Shown here piece after piece: positions 46,895-55,773 of a DNA stretch of 64,000 bases (position 1 is its first letter; each line of letters starts with the position of its first letter). The notes beneath the pieces are model-generated. The model did not search any database, was not told where the DNA came from, and saw nothing but the letters and a program-made list of their open reading frames with translations. The stretch is from positions 60,908-124,907 of the forward strand of contig CAZHXI010000002.1 in NCBI GenBank assembly GCA_964536515.1, read 5' to 3'. The position numbers and the translations under genes are program-made. The DNA is from an uncultured Gammaproteobacteria bacterium (GTDB lineage: Bacteria > Patescibacteriota > Patescibacteriia > CAYZDG01).

Positions 46895-47971
46895 CTACAG
46901 CCTGCAGCTTGAACCGAACGTTCGCTGCAGGAATGCATCGAGGGCAGTGGAGAATGGCCAATCGGCTTCCCAGTGCTCCAACGTGTTTGGATCGAAGCAG
47001 ATGCCTGCCGGCAGCTGCGCTAGCTCGCCGCAGCGAATCGACCCACGTCCTGATAGCTCAGCCGAACGAACGTAGACTCGATTGGTCAATCTCGCACATG
47101 CCCGGGTGAAAACCTCGGCAGCTGAGTCTGGTATAGATGCCCAGCTCAAGCTCCCAGATCCGAACCAGTACGGCGCCGACAGCGGCTGCCCATTCTCCTG
47201 CAGTGCGACGGCATCACCTGGCGCAGAAATTACCGCCCGGCCGGACTGCGGCACCCCGGCGAAGAAGTCTCGCTGGCAGACCCAGTCTATAACCTCTGGC
47301 CCAGTGCTCGGGTATGCGTGAACCGCATCAATAGCTAGCCGTGCGCCGTCCTCTTCACTCTGCTCGATGAATCGCTCCAATGAGATGCCGCCCAGAACGG
47401 AACCGAGAACGTCCCCGGGCACGCCGCACCTGAGTAGCTCGCGAAAGAATCTCCTAGCAGACGCGCCCTCGAATACCCCGTCGTCGGCAACCAGAACCCT
47501 CATGCTCTCGTTGCAGGCTGACCGCCAGAATCTAGCCACGGCTTCGGCCTGGAGTGCCAACGGCGGCGTACCAGCTTTGGCGACCTGGTAGCTCTGCCCC
47601 TGCCAGCCACCGCCCTGCCATAGAACCGCCCGCGTTGGGCTGTACCGCAGCCCGGTATCCGTCGGGAAGTAAACTCTATCGAACAGAACGGTTACGAAGC
47701 CGTGGTCTCGGTACCACCTCAAACGATTCGCCAGCGCCGTACGCATGCCGCGGTAGCCAAGAACCTGAACGTTCGCCTGAATACCGCTACTATATAGTGC
47801 CGCCTGAATCTCACCCGCCAGCTCTTCTAGAATAAGCCGCAGGAACTCTGGCTCCGGAGCCACCAGCAGACGCTGCCCAGCCCAATGGGCAATCAGTTGA
47901 GGAACGTCTTCGGTAACAATGTAAACCGGAGCCCCAACGCCGTAATCAATCGTAGCCATGCTAACCTCCAC
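46895..47971 (-). CDS. Hypothetical protein (possible PRTase-like central segment)
   Basis: MRVLVADDGVFEGASARRFF resembles a PRPP-binding loop only loosely. GTG start at 47971 or ATG at 47959. Confidence 0.35.
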   Translation of the reverse strand: MEVSMATIDYGVGAPVYIVTEDVPQLIAHWAGQRLLVAPEPEFLRLILEELAGEIQAALYSSGIQANVQVLGYRGMRTALANRLRWYRDHGFVTVLFDRVYFPTDTGLRYSPTRAVLWQGGGWQGQSYQVAKAGTPPLALQAEAVARFWRSACNESMRVLVADDGVFEGASARRFFRELLRCGVPGDVLGSVLGGISLERFIEQSEEDGARLAIDAVHAYPSTGPEVIDWVCQRDFFAGVPQSGRAVISAPGDAVALQENGQPLSAPYWFGSGSLSWASIPDSAAEVFTRACARLTNRVYVRSAELSGRGSIRCGELAQLPAGICFDPNTLEHWEADWPFSTALDAFLQRTFGSSCRL

Positions 47972-47985
47972 CCTCTGTTGTTAAG

Positions 47986-48013
47986 GAACAAATAACCCTC
48001 CGCTCGGGAGGGG
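47986..48013 (-). terminator. Probable intrinsic terminator after the TrpR-like gene
   Basis: Hairpin ccctcc gctcg ggaggg followed on the minus strand by UUAUUUGUU. Confidence 0.45.
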
Positions 48014-48035
48014 TCTAGGTTCACCGCAGCGACGA

Positions 48036-48347
48036 TCAACGCAGGCCTCTCCCGATGGGAGCGGTAGCGTGGGGATGGAGCTTGGCTATTGCGGCGCGGT
48101 AGCCACCCATGGATCCTCGTAGCCAACGGCTGACACGGGCGACGGTGGCCGAGCTTAGCCCGGTACGCGCTGAGATGGTGCGGTAGGGAACGTCGCTGCT
48201 GAGGAGCTGAGCAGCCTCCCAGCGGGCCGCGAACTCCCGTAGCTCCGCCTCGGTCAGCAGGTCACGCAGGAAGCGACGAGCCTCCCCCGCCGATTGCAGC
48301 GACACGAAGGCGTCAATCAATCCGTTAATTTTCTTGGTCCAAATCAT
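48036..48347 (-). CDS. TrpR-like (YerC/YecD family) DNA-binding protein
   Basis: About 100 aa. LLTEAELREFAARWEAAQLL..YRTISARTGLSSATVARVSRWL is a TrpR-type HTH. Confidence 0.6.
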   Translation of the reverse strand: MIWTKKINGLIDAFVSLQSAGEARRFLRDLLTEAELREFAARWEAAQLLSSDVPYRTISARTGLSSATVARVSRWLRGSMGGYRAAIAKLHPHATAPIGRGLR

Positions 48348-48414
48348 AGTGCTTTACTATGATAAAGCACTCTACCTACCCCGTCAAGCCACGGCTTTGT
48401 AGACTTCCTCTTAC

Positions 48415-51237
48415 CTACTTCCCCACGGGCTTGGACCCCGTGTCCGTCGGCATTGTGCTCAACCCCGCGTCGGCGTCCTTGGGCGGCTTGGTGGGCAGGG
48501 TGAAGTAGAACGTGGTCCCCTTCCCCGGCCCGGGGGACGTTACCCAAATCTTGCCGGCGTGCGCCTCGATAATCTTCTTGGCGATGAACAGGCCCAGGCC
48601 GCTGCCCTGCGACTCCTTAATCTTCACCCGCTCGCCGCGCGAGAACTTGGCGAACAGCGCCTTTATCTCGTCTGCGCTCAGGCCCATGCCGGTGTCGGAG
48701 ACGGCCACCTCTACCTCGGCCGGGTGCGCCGCCACGCGGACGGTAACGGACCCGTGCTCGGTGTACTTAATGGCGTTGTCTGCAAGGTTAACCAGCACGT
48801 CACGGATCTTGTCGCTATCTGCCGGAACCGTGGCCACGTGCTCGGGCGCCTGCAGCTCCAGCGTCAGCCCGCGGGCCTTGGCTGCCGGGCGCAGCTCGGT
48901 TACCACCACCTTGGCCAGCTGGGCTAGGTCGATGTCCGACCGGGCCAGCTGCAGCCGGCCGCTTTCGATGCGCGACACGTTGAGGAACACGTTCACCAGA
49001 CGGATGAGCCGATTGGTGCTGTCGTACACCGTCTGCAGCACCTCGCGCTGCTCCTTGGTAACCTGCCCGTAGTCCCCCTCCAGCATCATGGACAGGAACC
49101 CCTTGATGCCCGTGGTGGGCGTACGCAGCTGGTGGCTGGCGATGGAGAGGAACTCGCTCTTGGCCTTGTCGAGCTGCTGCAGGTAGTGGTTAGCCTCGTT
49201 CAGCCGGCCGTTCAGCTTCTCTAGCTCGTCGTACACGCGGGTGCGCTCCAGGGCGATGCCCACCTGGTCTGCCACGGCCTGCAGCAGCAGATAGTCTTCG
49301 TCCGTCAGCGGCGGGCGCTTCATTCCGAAGACGAAGATGAGGATGCCGGTAACCTGCCCGCGCACGGTGAGCGGCACGGCCACGGCCTCGCGCATTGCCC
49401 CGGCCACGTTCTGCAGCGCCCACACCAGCGGCTTGGCAATGCCCGGCCGCAGGAAGTCGTACAGGTCGGCGGTCTTCTGCATCTTCTTCTCGCTCACCAC
49501 CTTGGTCAGCAGGTTGTCGCGGTTCGACAGCGGCACGCGGTACTTGGTCAGATCCGTACCCAGCAGCCGGATGATCTGCCGCGCAATGGCGTAAGGCTGC
49601 GAGATGCTACGGCCGTACAGCTCGCGCTTCTGCTCGTCCACCATCACCAGCACGGCCATGTCGCAGCCCGGAATTTCGCCCGGGATATAGTCGATGATGC
49701 GCTGGCTCATCTCCTCCAGCCGGTAGCTCTGCAGAATGACGTTGGCGAACTTCTGCAGGGTGTTCAGCCGGTCATTACGCGTAGCCAGCAGGCCGTTCAC
49801 CTCCTGCAGCCGGGCGGTGGCAGACTCCACCTTCTTCTGCAGGTTGGCCGAGTAGTCTTGCACCTCACTGTACAGCTGGGACTTCTGCAGGGCGGCGGAC
49901 AGCTGCGGGGCGAGGACTTGGAAGAGGTTGAGATCGTCCACGGTGAACGAACCTCCACTCAAGCGTTCACCAACAAAAATTATGGCCCGAAGCTCACGCT
50001 CATTATAGACGGGCACGATCATTCCAGCCTTCATTGCGGCCATCTGTTCTGACACCGGCACTAAGTCGGAGACAGAGGCTGGATCCTCGGCGTCAGAGAT
50101 TCGCCTGCGTAGCTCTTCAGCGGCAAGAATTGCTTCGTGCTTAGCCAATTCGACAATCACCGGTGTATTGCTAGGTATGACCGTGCTACCAACCAAGCTA
50201 ACAAATCCGCTGCCACCCCTAAGCAGCAGTATATCGACGGAGCTCAGTTTAAGAAGCTTTGCGGCTGACTTCGTTACGTCTGTTACCAAACGCCTCGTAT
50301 CAAGCTCAACCGAGAGGATATTGCTCATCGTCCGCAGTGCGTCAGCGTAATCAATTCTCGCTTGATAGAATATTTTATCGGTTGCCTTACCGAGCATTGC
50401 CTTAAGCGGTTCCAAGCCCAGAACGATGATGAATGAGACTACCAAGTTCACAATCAACGAATCTGATTTCGTGAGATCCTTGAAAAGCGCGCCTGTAATC
50501 GATGTAACGAATGTAAAGGCGAGAATAATTGTTGCGACCAATAGGGCGTAGACCAAGCTACGAGAAATGAGCTGCCGAATGTCCATCAAGCGGAACCTGC
50601 TCATGCTGTAGAAGGTGAACAGCACGAATATGAACGCCCCGACCACATCGAACTGGCTGAACTGACGTATTCCGAATAGTGGCAACACAAAGCTGACGAG
50701 CGTCGCTATAACATTGAACGTCGCCGCACCGAATGCCACGTAGCGCATCTGTTGCTGCAATAACCCGCGTGAGACAATCGCCGCTCTGATCAAAACGATG
50801 CTGAGCCACATCAACGCGGCAGTAATAATTACCGTATACACCGAGAAGAGTGGCCCGAACTCCCCCTCGAACCAGCCGAAGTGAACGACATCAACGCGCT
50901 TGATAATCCAAGGCGTAAACAGCGATATCGAAAATAGTACCGCCCCCGTAATGTAGATAACCCTCGCCCGAATGGCTCTATGGCGGCGCTTGAGGAGTAA
51001 GTCGAACCAAATTAGACCATTGGTTAGAAGCAACGCTCCGGCTGCGTACTGCATTCTGACCCAAATAGGTGCGTGGGTGACACCGGTCATGAAATTCGCC
51101 AAAGCCCAGAAAGCATTGCTCAGGGCGAACGGGAGGAAGAACCTATTCAGTTGAGCCTTGGGGCTTTGGTAGTAGGCCGCGGCAGCAAGCAGCAAGCTCA
51201 CTACGCCTGTCGCCGCAACGATGAGGAAGCTGAGCAT
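48415..51237 (-). CDS. Sensor histidine kinase (multi-TM sensor, GAF-like region, HisKA, HATPase_c)
   Basis: H-box LSIASHQLRTPTTGIKGF. N/G1/G2 boxes (DNAIKYT.., DTGMGL, GSGLGL). Six to eight N-terminal TM helices. Confidence 0.8.
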   Translation of the reverse strand: MLSFLIVAATGVVSLLLAAAAYYQSPKAQLNRFFLPFALSNAFWALANFMTGVTHAPIWVRMQYAAGALLLTNGLIWFDLLLKRRHRAIRARVIYITGAVLFSISLFTPWIIKRVDVVHFGWFEGEFGPLFSVYTVIITAALMWLSIVLIRAAIVSRGLLQQQMRYVAFGAATFNVIATLVSFVLPLFGIRQFSQFDVVGAFIFVLFTFYSMSRFRLMDIRQLISRSLVYALLVATIILAFTFVTSITGALFKDLTKSDSLIVNLVVSFIIVLGLEPLKAMLGKATDKIFYQARIDYADALRTMSNILSVELDTRRLVTDVTKSAAKLLKLSSVDILLLRGGSGFVSLVGSTVIPSNTPVIVELAKHEAILAAEELRRRISDAEDPASVSDLVPVSEQMAAMKAGMIVPVYNERELRAIIFVGERLSGGSFTVDDLNLFQVLAPQLSAALQKSQLYSEVQDYSANLQKKVESATARLQEVNGLLATRNDRLNTLQKFANVILQSYRLEEMSQRIIDYIPGEIPGCDMAVLVMVDEQKRELYGRSISQPYAIARQIIRLLGTDLTKYRVPLSNRDNLLTKVVSEKKMQKTADLYDFLRPGIAKPLVWALQNVAGAMREAVAVPLTVRGQVTGILIFVFGMKRPPLTDEDYLLLQAVADQVGIALERTRVYDELEKLNGRLNEANHYLQQLDKAKSEFLSIASHQLRTPTTGIKGFLSMMLEGDYGQVTKEQREVLQTVYDSTNRLIRLVNVFLNVSRIESGRLQLARSDIDLAQLAKVVVTELRPAAKARGLTLELQAPEHVATVPADSDKIRDVLVNLADNAIKYTEHGSVTVRVAAHPAEVEVAVSDTGMGLSADEIKALFAKFSRGERVKIKESQGSGLGLFIAKKIIEAHAGKIWVTSPGPGKGTTFYFTLPTKPPKDADAGLSTMPTDTGSKPVGK

Positions 51238-51243
51238 AGCGCC

Positions 51244-52437
51244 TTACGCGATGCGCTTGAGCGTCGCTACCAGGCCATCAATGCTCTCTCGAGAGTGGCT
51301 ACTCATGATCGAGAATCTGATCCGGGCCATTTTCCTAGGTACGGCCGGCCAACGCACGGCGGGCGCATAGTATCCAGCCTCAAACAATTTATGGGCTAGG
51401 TCCATAGCTCGGTGCTCGTCTCCTACCAATACTGGGACTACCTGGGTTGTGCTACGGAGCGTATCGAAACCTTGCTCGTGCAGTTTCTCACGGAAGTACC
51501 GCGCATTCTCTTGTGCCTGTTGCTGCAACTCGGGCTCGCGCTCAAGAATATCGAGCGTGGCAATTATCCCAGCGGCTGCTGCAGGCAGCATGGAGTCTGA
51601 AAAGACGTAGGTCCTACATCCAATTCGGAGGTAATCAATCAACTCCTTTGAGCCGCTGACGAATCCGCCAGCAACACCGATCCCCTTGCTGAATGTCCCC
51701 ATATTGATATCTACCATTCCCCGGCGCCCGAGGTGATCTGCGCTGCCAGCCCCGTTCTTACCGAATACGCCGAATGCATGAGCGTCGTCCACCATGGTCC
51801 AGGCATCGTACTTCTTTGCAAGGTCAACAATTTCGGCAACGGGAGCAAAGTCACCATCCATACTGAAAACGCCATCGAATATGACGAGCTTGCGGTACCG
51901 CTTAGCGGAGTACTTCTTTAGTAGCTTCTCGAGCCTCTTAATATCATTGTGAGGAAAAACCTCGACCTTCTTTACCTTCGCCAGACGGCAGCCATCTACG
52001 ATGCTCGCGTGGTTGTACTCATCGCTGAAAATTATGGTCGGCATCGCCTTGAAGTAGTCGGCGAAGCCCAGCATATTAATTACAGCAGGTATGACGCCTG
52101 CATTTGTTCCGAACCCCGTGGGGATGGTCAAACAATCCTCGTGCCCGGTCAGAGCCGCTACTCGGCGCTCTAACTCACGGTGGATATCCATTGTCCCCGT
52201 CAAAAGCCTAACCCCGCCGCTGCCGGCACCGTACTTATCGATGGCTACTTTCATCGCATCCTTTACCTCCTGTCGGCCAGCTAGGCCCAAGTAGTTATAG
52301 GAACCGAACATCTTTATCTGACGGCCACCCACGGTCACCTCTGGCCCCGTACCGGACTCCAGAATATGTGTCTCTGGGTACCCCAATTCCGTGTGGGCGT
52401 AGTCCAGCAGCTTCTTGATCGGATCGAAGAATGACAT
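51244..52437 (-). CDS. PLP-dependent alpha-oxoamine synthase family enzyme (BioF/Kbl/serine-palmitoyltransferase-like)
   Basis: PLP-Lys motif GTFSKGIGVAGGFV, DDAHAFG, SNYLGL-type N-terminus (GSYNYLGLAG). Confidence 0.75.
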   Translation of the reverse strand: MSFFDPIKKLLDYAHTELGYPETHILESGTGPEVTVGGRQIKMFGSYNYLGLAGRQEVKDAMKVAIDKYGAGSGGVRLLTGTMDIHRELERRVAALTGHEDCLTIPTGFGTNAGVIPAVINMLGFADYFKAMPTIIFSDEYNHASIVDGCRLAKVKKVEVFPHNDIKRLEKLLKKYSAKRYRKLVIFDGVFSMDGDFAPVAEIVDLAKKYDAWTMVDDAHAFGVFGKNGAGSADHLGRRGMVDINMGTFSKGIGVAGGFVSGSKELIDYLRIGCRTYVFSDSMLPAAAAGIIATLDILEREPELQQQAQENARYFREKLHEQGFDTLRSTTQVVPVLVGDEHRAMDLAHKLFEAGYYAPAVRWPAVPRKMARIRFSIMSSHSRESIDGLVATLKRIA

Positions 52438-52515
52438 AGGTAATATTCTACCCTACCCCGCCACATCGGGGCTACCATGGACGCTGCACGACCTTACAAG
52501 CCTCAATCGGAATCC

Positions 52516-53100
52516 CTAGATTGCCCTCTTCCTATACGACGGCGGGAGGCGGAGAACAAAACCCCTGGGGTAAAACTTACGTATGGTCTGGGCGTAACTG
52601 GCCAGCGGCTCTAGACCGCACGCCCCCCTTAAGACGTCTACGGAAGCGGGGGCAGCTATAGGGCTGGGGCCAAATCCGCTGCTGCCAATCTTACGGAATT
52701 GCGTACCGAAGCGCTGCTTGCTGCCACGCGCCACAGCCACCCTATCGGTGAGGTACGCCAGCAACCTTGGGCTAGCCTGATTCTCGTCAACTGCACGAGC
52801 CATAAGAGCGAGGCAACGTCGCTGGAGCCCTGGCCTGGTATCCGCGTGCTGAACGAGTAGCCAAAAGGCGTCTCCCGCACGCTTGCCGACCATACTGTAA
52901 GCTGGCCAGCCGTGGTCACGTACGATCTCAACTACCACCTGGCCATTTTGGAGATCTAGGCGTCTAACAGCCTCACCCGCGCGGCGCGCGGCTACGCCAC
53001 CCCTCTTCTGCGCTGCTATCGCCTTCCTCCGGGCACCCTGATCAGCCTCAGCCAAGCGTAGGATTCGATTTCGAAGGCGTACGTTGACCTTTTTTTCCAT
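52516..53100 (-). CDS. Hypothetical protein (194 aa) between ATP-grasp and PLP enzyme
   Basis: Co-directional and tightly spaced; no family recognised. Confidence 0.35.
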   Translation of the reverse strand: MEKKVNVRLRNRILRLAEADQGARRKAIAAQKRGGVAARRAGEAVRRLDLQNGQVVVEIVRDHGWPAYSMVGKRAGDAFWLLVQHADTRPGLQRRCLALMARAVDENQASPRLLAYLTDRVAVARGSKQRFGTQFRKIGSSGFGPSPIAAPASVDVLRGACGLEPLASYAQTIRKFYPRGFVLRLPPSYRKRAI

Positions 53101-53155
53101 GGATAGATACTACAGCTAAATATACAGACCCCGCCACTACTGTGGCGGGGCTAGG

Positions 53156-54103
53156 TTAACTTTTACCTGCGAGCAGATTCGCAATCGCAACACTTATTGG
53201 TAATCCAGTGGCATGCTCAATGAAGTACCACTGACCATTGGGGTTGATTTCAAGAAAAACGTGCTCACCTGTCGGGGTTACGACTACATCTATGCAGCCG
53301 TATCTCAAACCGAGTTTCTCGACGAGCTGACGACTCATCCCTTGAATCGCTGGATCGATTTTGTGGCGCTCAAACTTCAAATCTGGATTGCGGCGCCGCC
53401 AGTCGATCAAATTGACCTCGTATCTCTGGCTATCGACCCGAGCGCAGAATACCTCGGATCCGACGACCGTAATACGTAGCTCGTAATCCTTTGCGATTCG
53501 CTTCTGTAAGATAACCGGAGCGAAACGAAGGCGATCCAGATCTTTTAGCTTCGCCTCGGGAAAGGAAGAGGTGAATATTACGGTATCCTCCAGCGGGCTA
53601 GTGGCGAGCTGCTTAATGACAACGTCACCTTGGTGCCATTCCCAAAAGTTTCTGGCTCGATCCGGCTCACTCGTAACCAACGTGTCAGGCAGGGTCCAGC
53701 CGATCTCCCGAGCGACCATCAATTGCCGAATCTTGCTCTCGGCCGCCATCACATTCGCGTGCGGACTAATCCATCTCCGATCAGCTAACAGATAGATAAC
53801 CGAATGCCAGAGAGCCCTGAACTGATCTCGCATAAAGGCGCGGTAGTCTGGTGGGTCAGCTATCCGCAGCTCCTTCGGCAGGTGCGGCTTTAGATACCAA
53901 ACTGCCTCCACGCTTTCTAAATTGAGACTGTCATCACCCTGCCGAATGTATAGCTGGTGCCCCTCGCTATTTTGTTCGAAGCCAACAACGTGATCCTCCA
54001 GGCACCTATCGGCCATAAAATGGACGAGGTCCATGCCGCGAGATCTAAGGTGGTCAGCAACGGGATCAACGGTATCGAGCGAACAGCCAAATGCCAAAAC
54101 CAT
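53156..54103 (-). CDS. ATP-grasp ribosomal-peptide maturase (MvdC/MvdD/MdnC-like graspetide ligase)
   Basis: C-terminal LGLRYGCIDVVVTPTGEHVFLEINPNGQWYFIEHATGLPI closely matches the microviridin-type ATP-grasp signature. GGAGG SD 6 nt upstream. Confidence 0.7.
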   Translation of the reverse strand: MVLAFGCSLDTVDPVADHLRSRGMDLVHFMADRCLEDHVVGFEQNSEGHQLYIRQGDDSLNLESVEAVWYLKPHLPKELRIADPPDYRAFMRDQFRALWHSVIYLLADRRWISPHANVMAAESKIRQLMVAREIGWTLPDTLVTSEPDRARNFWEWHQGDVVIKQLATSPLEDTVIFTSSFPEAKLKDLDRLRFAPVILQKRIAKDYELRITVVGSEVFCARVDSQRYEVNLIDWRRRNPDLKFERHKIDPAIQGMSRQLVEKLGLRYGCIDVVVTPTGEHVFLEINPNGQWYFIEHATGLPISVAIANLLAGKS

Positions 54104-54132
54104 TATTTTCCTCCCTGTGAATATTTAGGTTC

Positions 54133-54156
54133 GGGAGCCCGGTTGCCCGGGCTCCC
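54133..54156 (-). promoter_or_regulatory. Intercistronic GC hairpin between precursor ORF and ATP-grasp gene
   Basis: 10-bp perfect stem gggagcccgg/ccgggctccc with a 4-nt loop and no U-tract; followed by a GGAGG SD and the ligase ATG. Confidence 0.5.
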
Positions 54157-54174
54157 GTGGTTCAGTCGACTCGA

Positions 54175-54375
54175 CTAATCATAGTCTGATCCGTCGCAGT
54201 CATTGTACGTTCCGGAGGTAGTTCCTCCGGAGCACCCCTCGACATGCTCAGCGAAATCGAGGATAAGCGGGACAACGCCGCACATATCCTTTCCCTTTCT
54301 GCCGGGCGTCCCCGGCGGTTGAGAGCGCTCCTGGCCAAAATTAATCAACGATCCCGGGCCAGTACGGGTCGCCAT
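54175..54375 (-). CDS. Candidate graspetide (omega-ester/lactam peptide) precursor
   Basis: 66-aa ORF, or 36 aa from the internal Met at 54285 with an AAGGGAAAGGA SD. Leader-like PLILDFAEHVEG; core CSGGTTSGTYNDCDGSDYD rich in Thr/Ser and Asp. Immediately 5' of the ATP-grasp gene. Confidence 0.5.
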   Translation of the reverse strand: MATRTGPGSLINFGQERSQPPGTPGRKGKDMCGVVPLILDFAEHVEGCSGGTTSGTYNDCDGSDYD

Positions 54376-54507
54376 TTGTTAACGTACAAGTTACGGCATG
54401 GGTACCAGGGATACCGAAGATGGTCAACCCCGCCACATCGGGGCTACTCTGGGCGTAATTCTGGGGCGTGCAGTGGCGACCCAACCGAACGGTGGTATAT
54501 TCCTACT

Positions 54508-54924
54508 GTGGATAGGAACGTAGCGATAACCCTGGCTATTCTCCGCGACGAAATTCGCGGAGACGTTGAGGCAGCGCTGAAGAAAATGGACCCAGACTAC
54601 TCCATGACCTGGGTCTACCAGGGGTACGACGGCAAGCTGTTCCCCCGGGTGGGGGCGAAGGCCATCAAGAAGTCGCTGAAGGAGGTCTACGTAATAAAGG
54701 GGCGGCGGTACGACATTAAGCACATTGCCACCGGCGGCAACGTGGTGATGGTTGAGATGGTGGAGAGCTACCCAGACCCGAAAACAAAGAAAGTATACCG
54801 AACGCCCCAGGTCATTGTCCTCGAATTCAGGCGGGGCAAGATCCGCCGCGGACGGCACTACTGCGATCCCAGGCTGTCGTACATGTACCTAACGGAGAAG
54901 CAGCTGAAGAAGGCATACCAGTAA
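54508..54924 (+). CDS. NTF2-like / SnoaL-like (ketosteroid-isomerase fold) protein
   Basis: ILRDEIRGDVEAALKKMDPDYSMTWVYQG fits the SnoaL_2 N-terminal pattern. Start uncertain (GTG at 54508 or ATG at 54586). The track start at 54244 would overlap the precursor antisense. Confidence 0.45.
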   Translation: MDRNVAITLAILRDEIRGDVEAALKKMDPDYSMTWVYQGYDGKLFPRVGAKAIKKSLKEVYVIKGRRYDIKHIATGGNVVMVEMVESYPDPKTKKVYRTPQVIVLEFRRGKIRRGRHYCDPRLSYMYLTEKQLKKAYQ

Positions 54925-54928
54925 ACAC

Positions 54929-54954
54929 AGAGCCGGCCCTGGTGGGCCGGCTCT
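54929..54954. terminator. Bidirectional hairpin between convergent genes
   Basis: agagccggccc tggt gggccggctct. Confidence 0.45.
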
Positions 54955-54973
54955 ATTTCAACTCAGAGAATAA

Positions 54974-55768
54974 CTACCTGGTCTCCTTTGGATTCGGCTT
55001 CCAATGACCAACCGGGAGACCGCTTAGCCAGGAGTTACTCACCGCTGCGATCCCATTCACCACGCAATCACCGGTAATGGTTGCCGGATCAGCTACCACA
55101 TCGAAAGTCCCGGCATGAGACTCCACAAGCATCCAATGGAAACTGTCACCAACGGGATTCACCCTGACCTCGTGCTCACGAATGTATCCGTAGATTTGAG
55201 CGTTAGGTGACGGCTCAAATGTATTCTGATCTGTTCCTGGGGGATAGAAAAATCCTGTAGGTACGTACAGTTGCTCAGACATCTTACCCATTCCATCTGC
55301 CTCCCTAAACTCCTCGACCGTCTTATAGCAGCGAACATCTTTTGCAAAAGCTGCAACCTGCAAGAGTACGTTATCGCCAGCTTCAGCGGGGGGATCGAAA
55401 TTGAAGATGCGATCGCTGACCATTATCGGCGAGAACATCTGCATCTCCCCACCGCCCATATCCGTATATATATCACCGATGAGGTAGCCAGACATTGTAT
55501 CGTGAGCTGCGCTGGTCTTAGCCACCCGATGTATGAGCATATTGACCCTGCCCTTGCCATCAAAGTGCGGAAAGAAATCTGCGAGCTCGTTCTTATCGGT
55601 CATGTGGAGCCAGAGCTGCGCTCCCCCGCCTGGCTCGTAGAGGCAATAGTTGCCGCCCTTAACCGGTATAACCCTACACTCACGTAGGGCCACCTTTAGG
55701 ATTGCCTGGAACTCCTCGTAGTTATCTGGATCGAACTTGAAGCCAACGTTGCTGTAGGGTATTGGCAT
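54974..55768 (-). CDS. Hypothetical protein (264 aa), low-GC island
   Basis: Co-directional array with the genes below; no family recognised. Confidence 0.35.
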   Translation of the reverse strand: MPIPYSNVGFKFDPDNYEEFQAILKVALRECRVIPVKGGNYCLYEPGGGAQLWLHMTDKNELADFFPHFDGKGRVNMLIHRVAKTSAAHDTMSGYLIGDIYTDMGGGEMQMFSPIMVSDRIFNFDPPAEAGDNVLLQVAAFAKDVRCYKTVEEFREADGMGKMSEQLYVPTGFFYPPGTDQNTFEPSPNAQIYGYIREHEVRVNPVGDSFHWMLVESHAGTFDVVADPATITGDCVVNGIAAVSNSWLSGLPVGHWKPNPKETR

Positions 55769-55773
55769 AGGTA

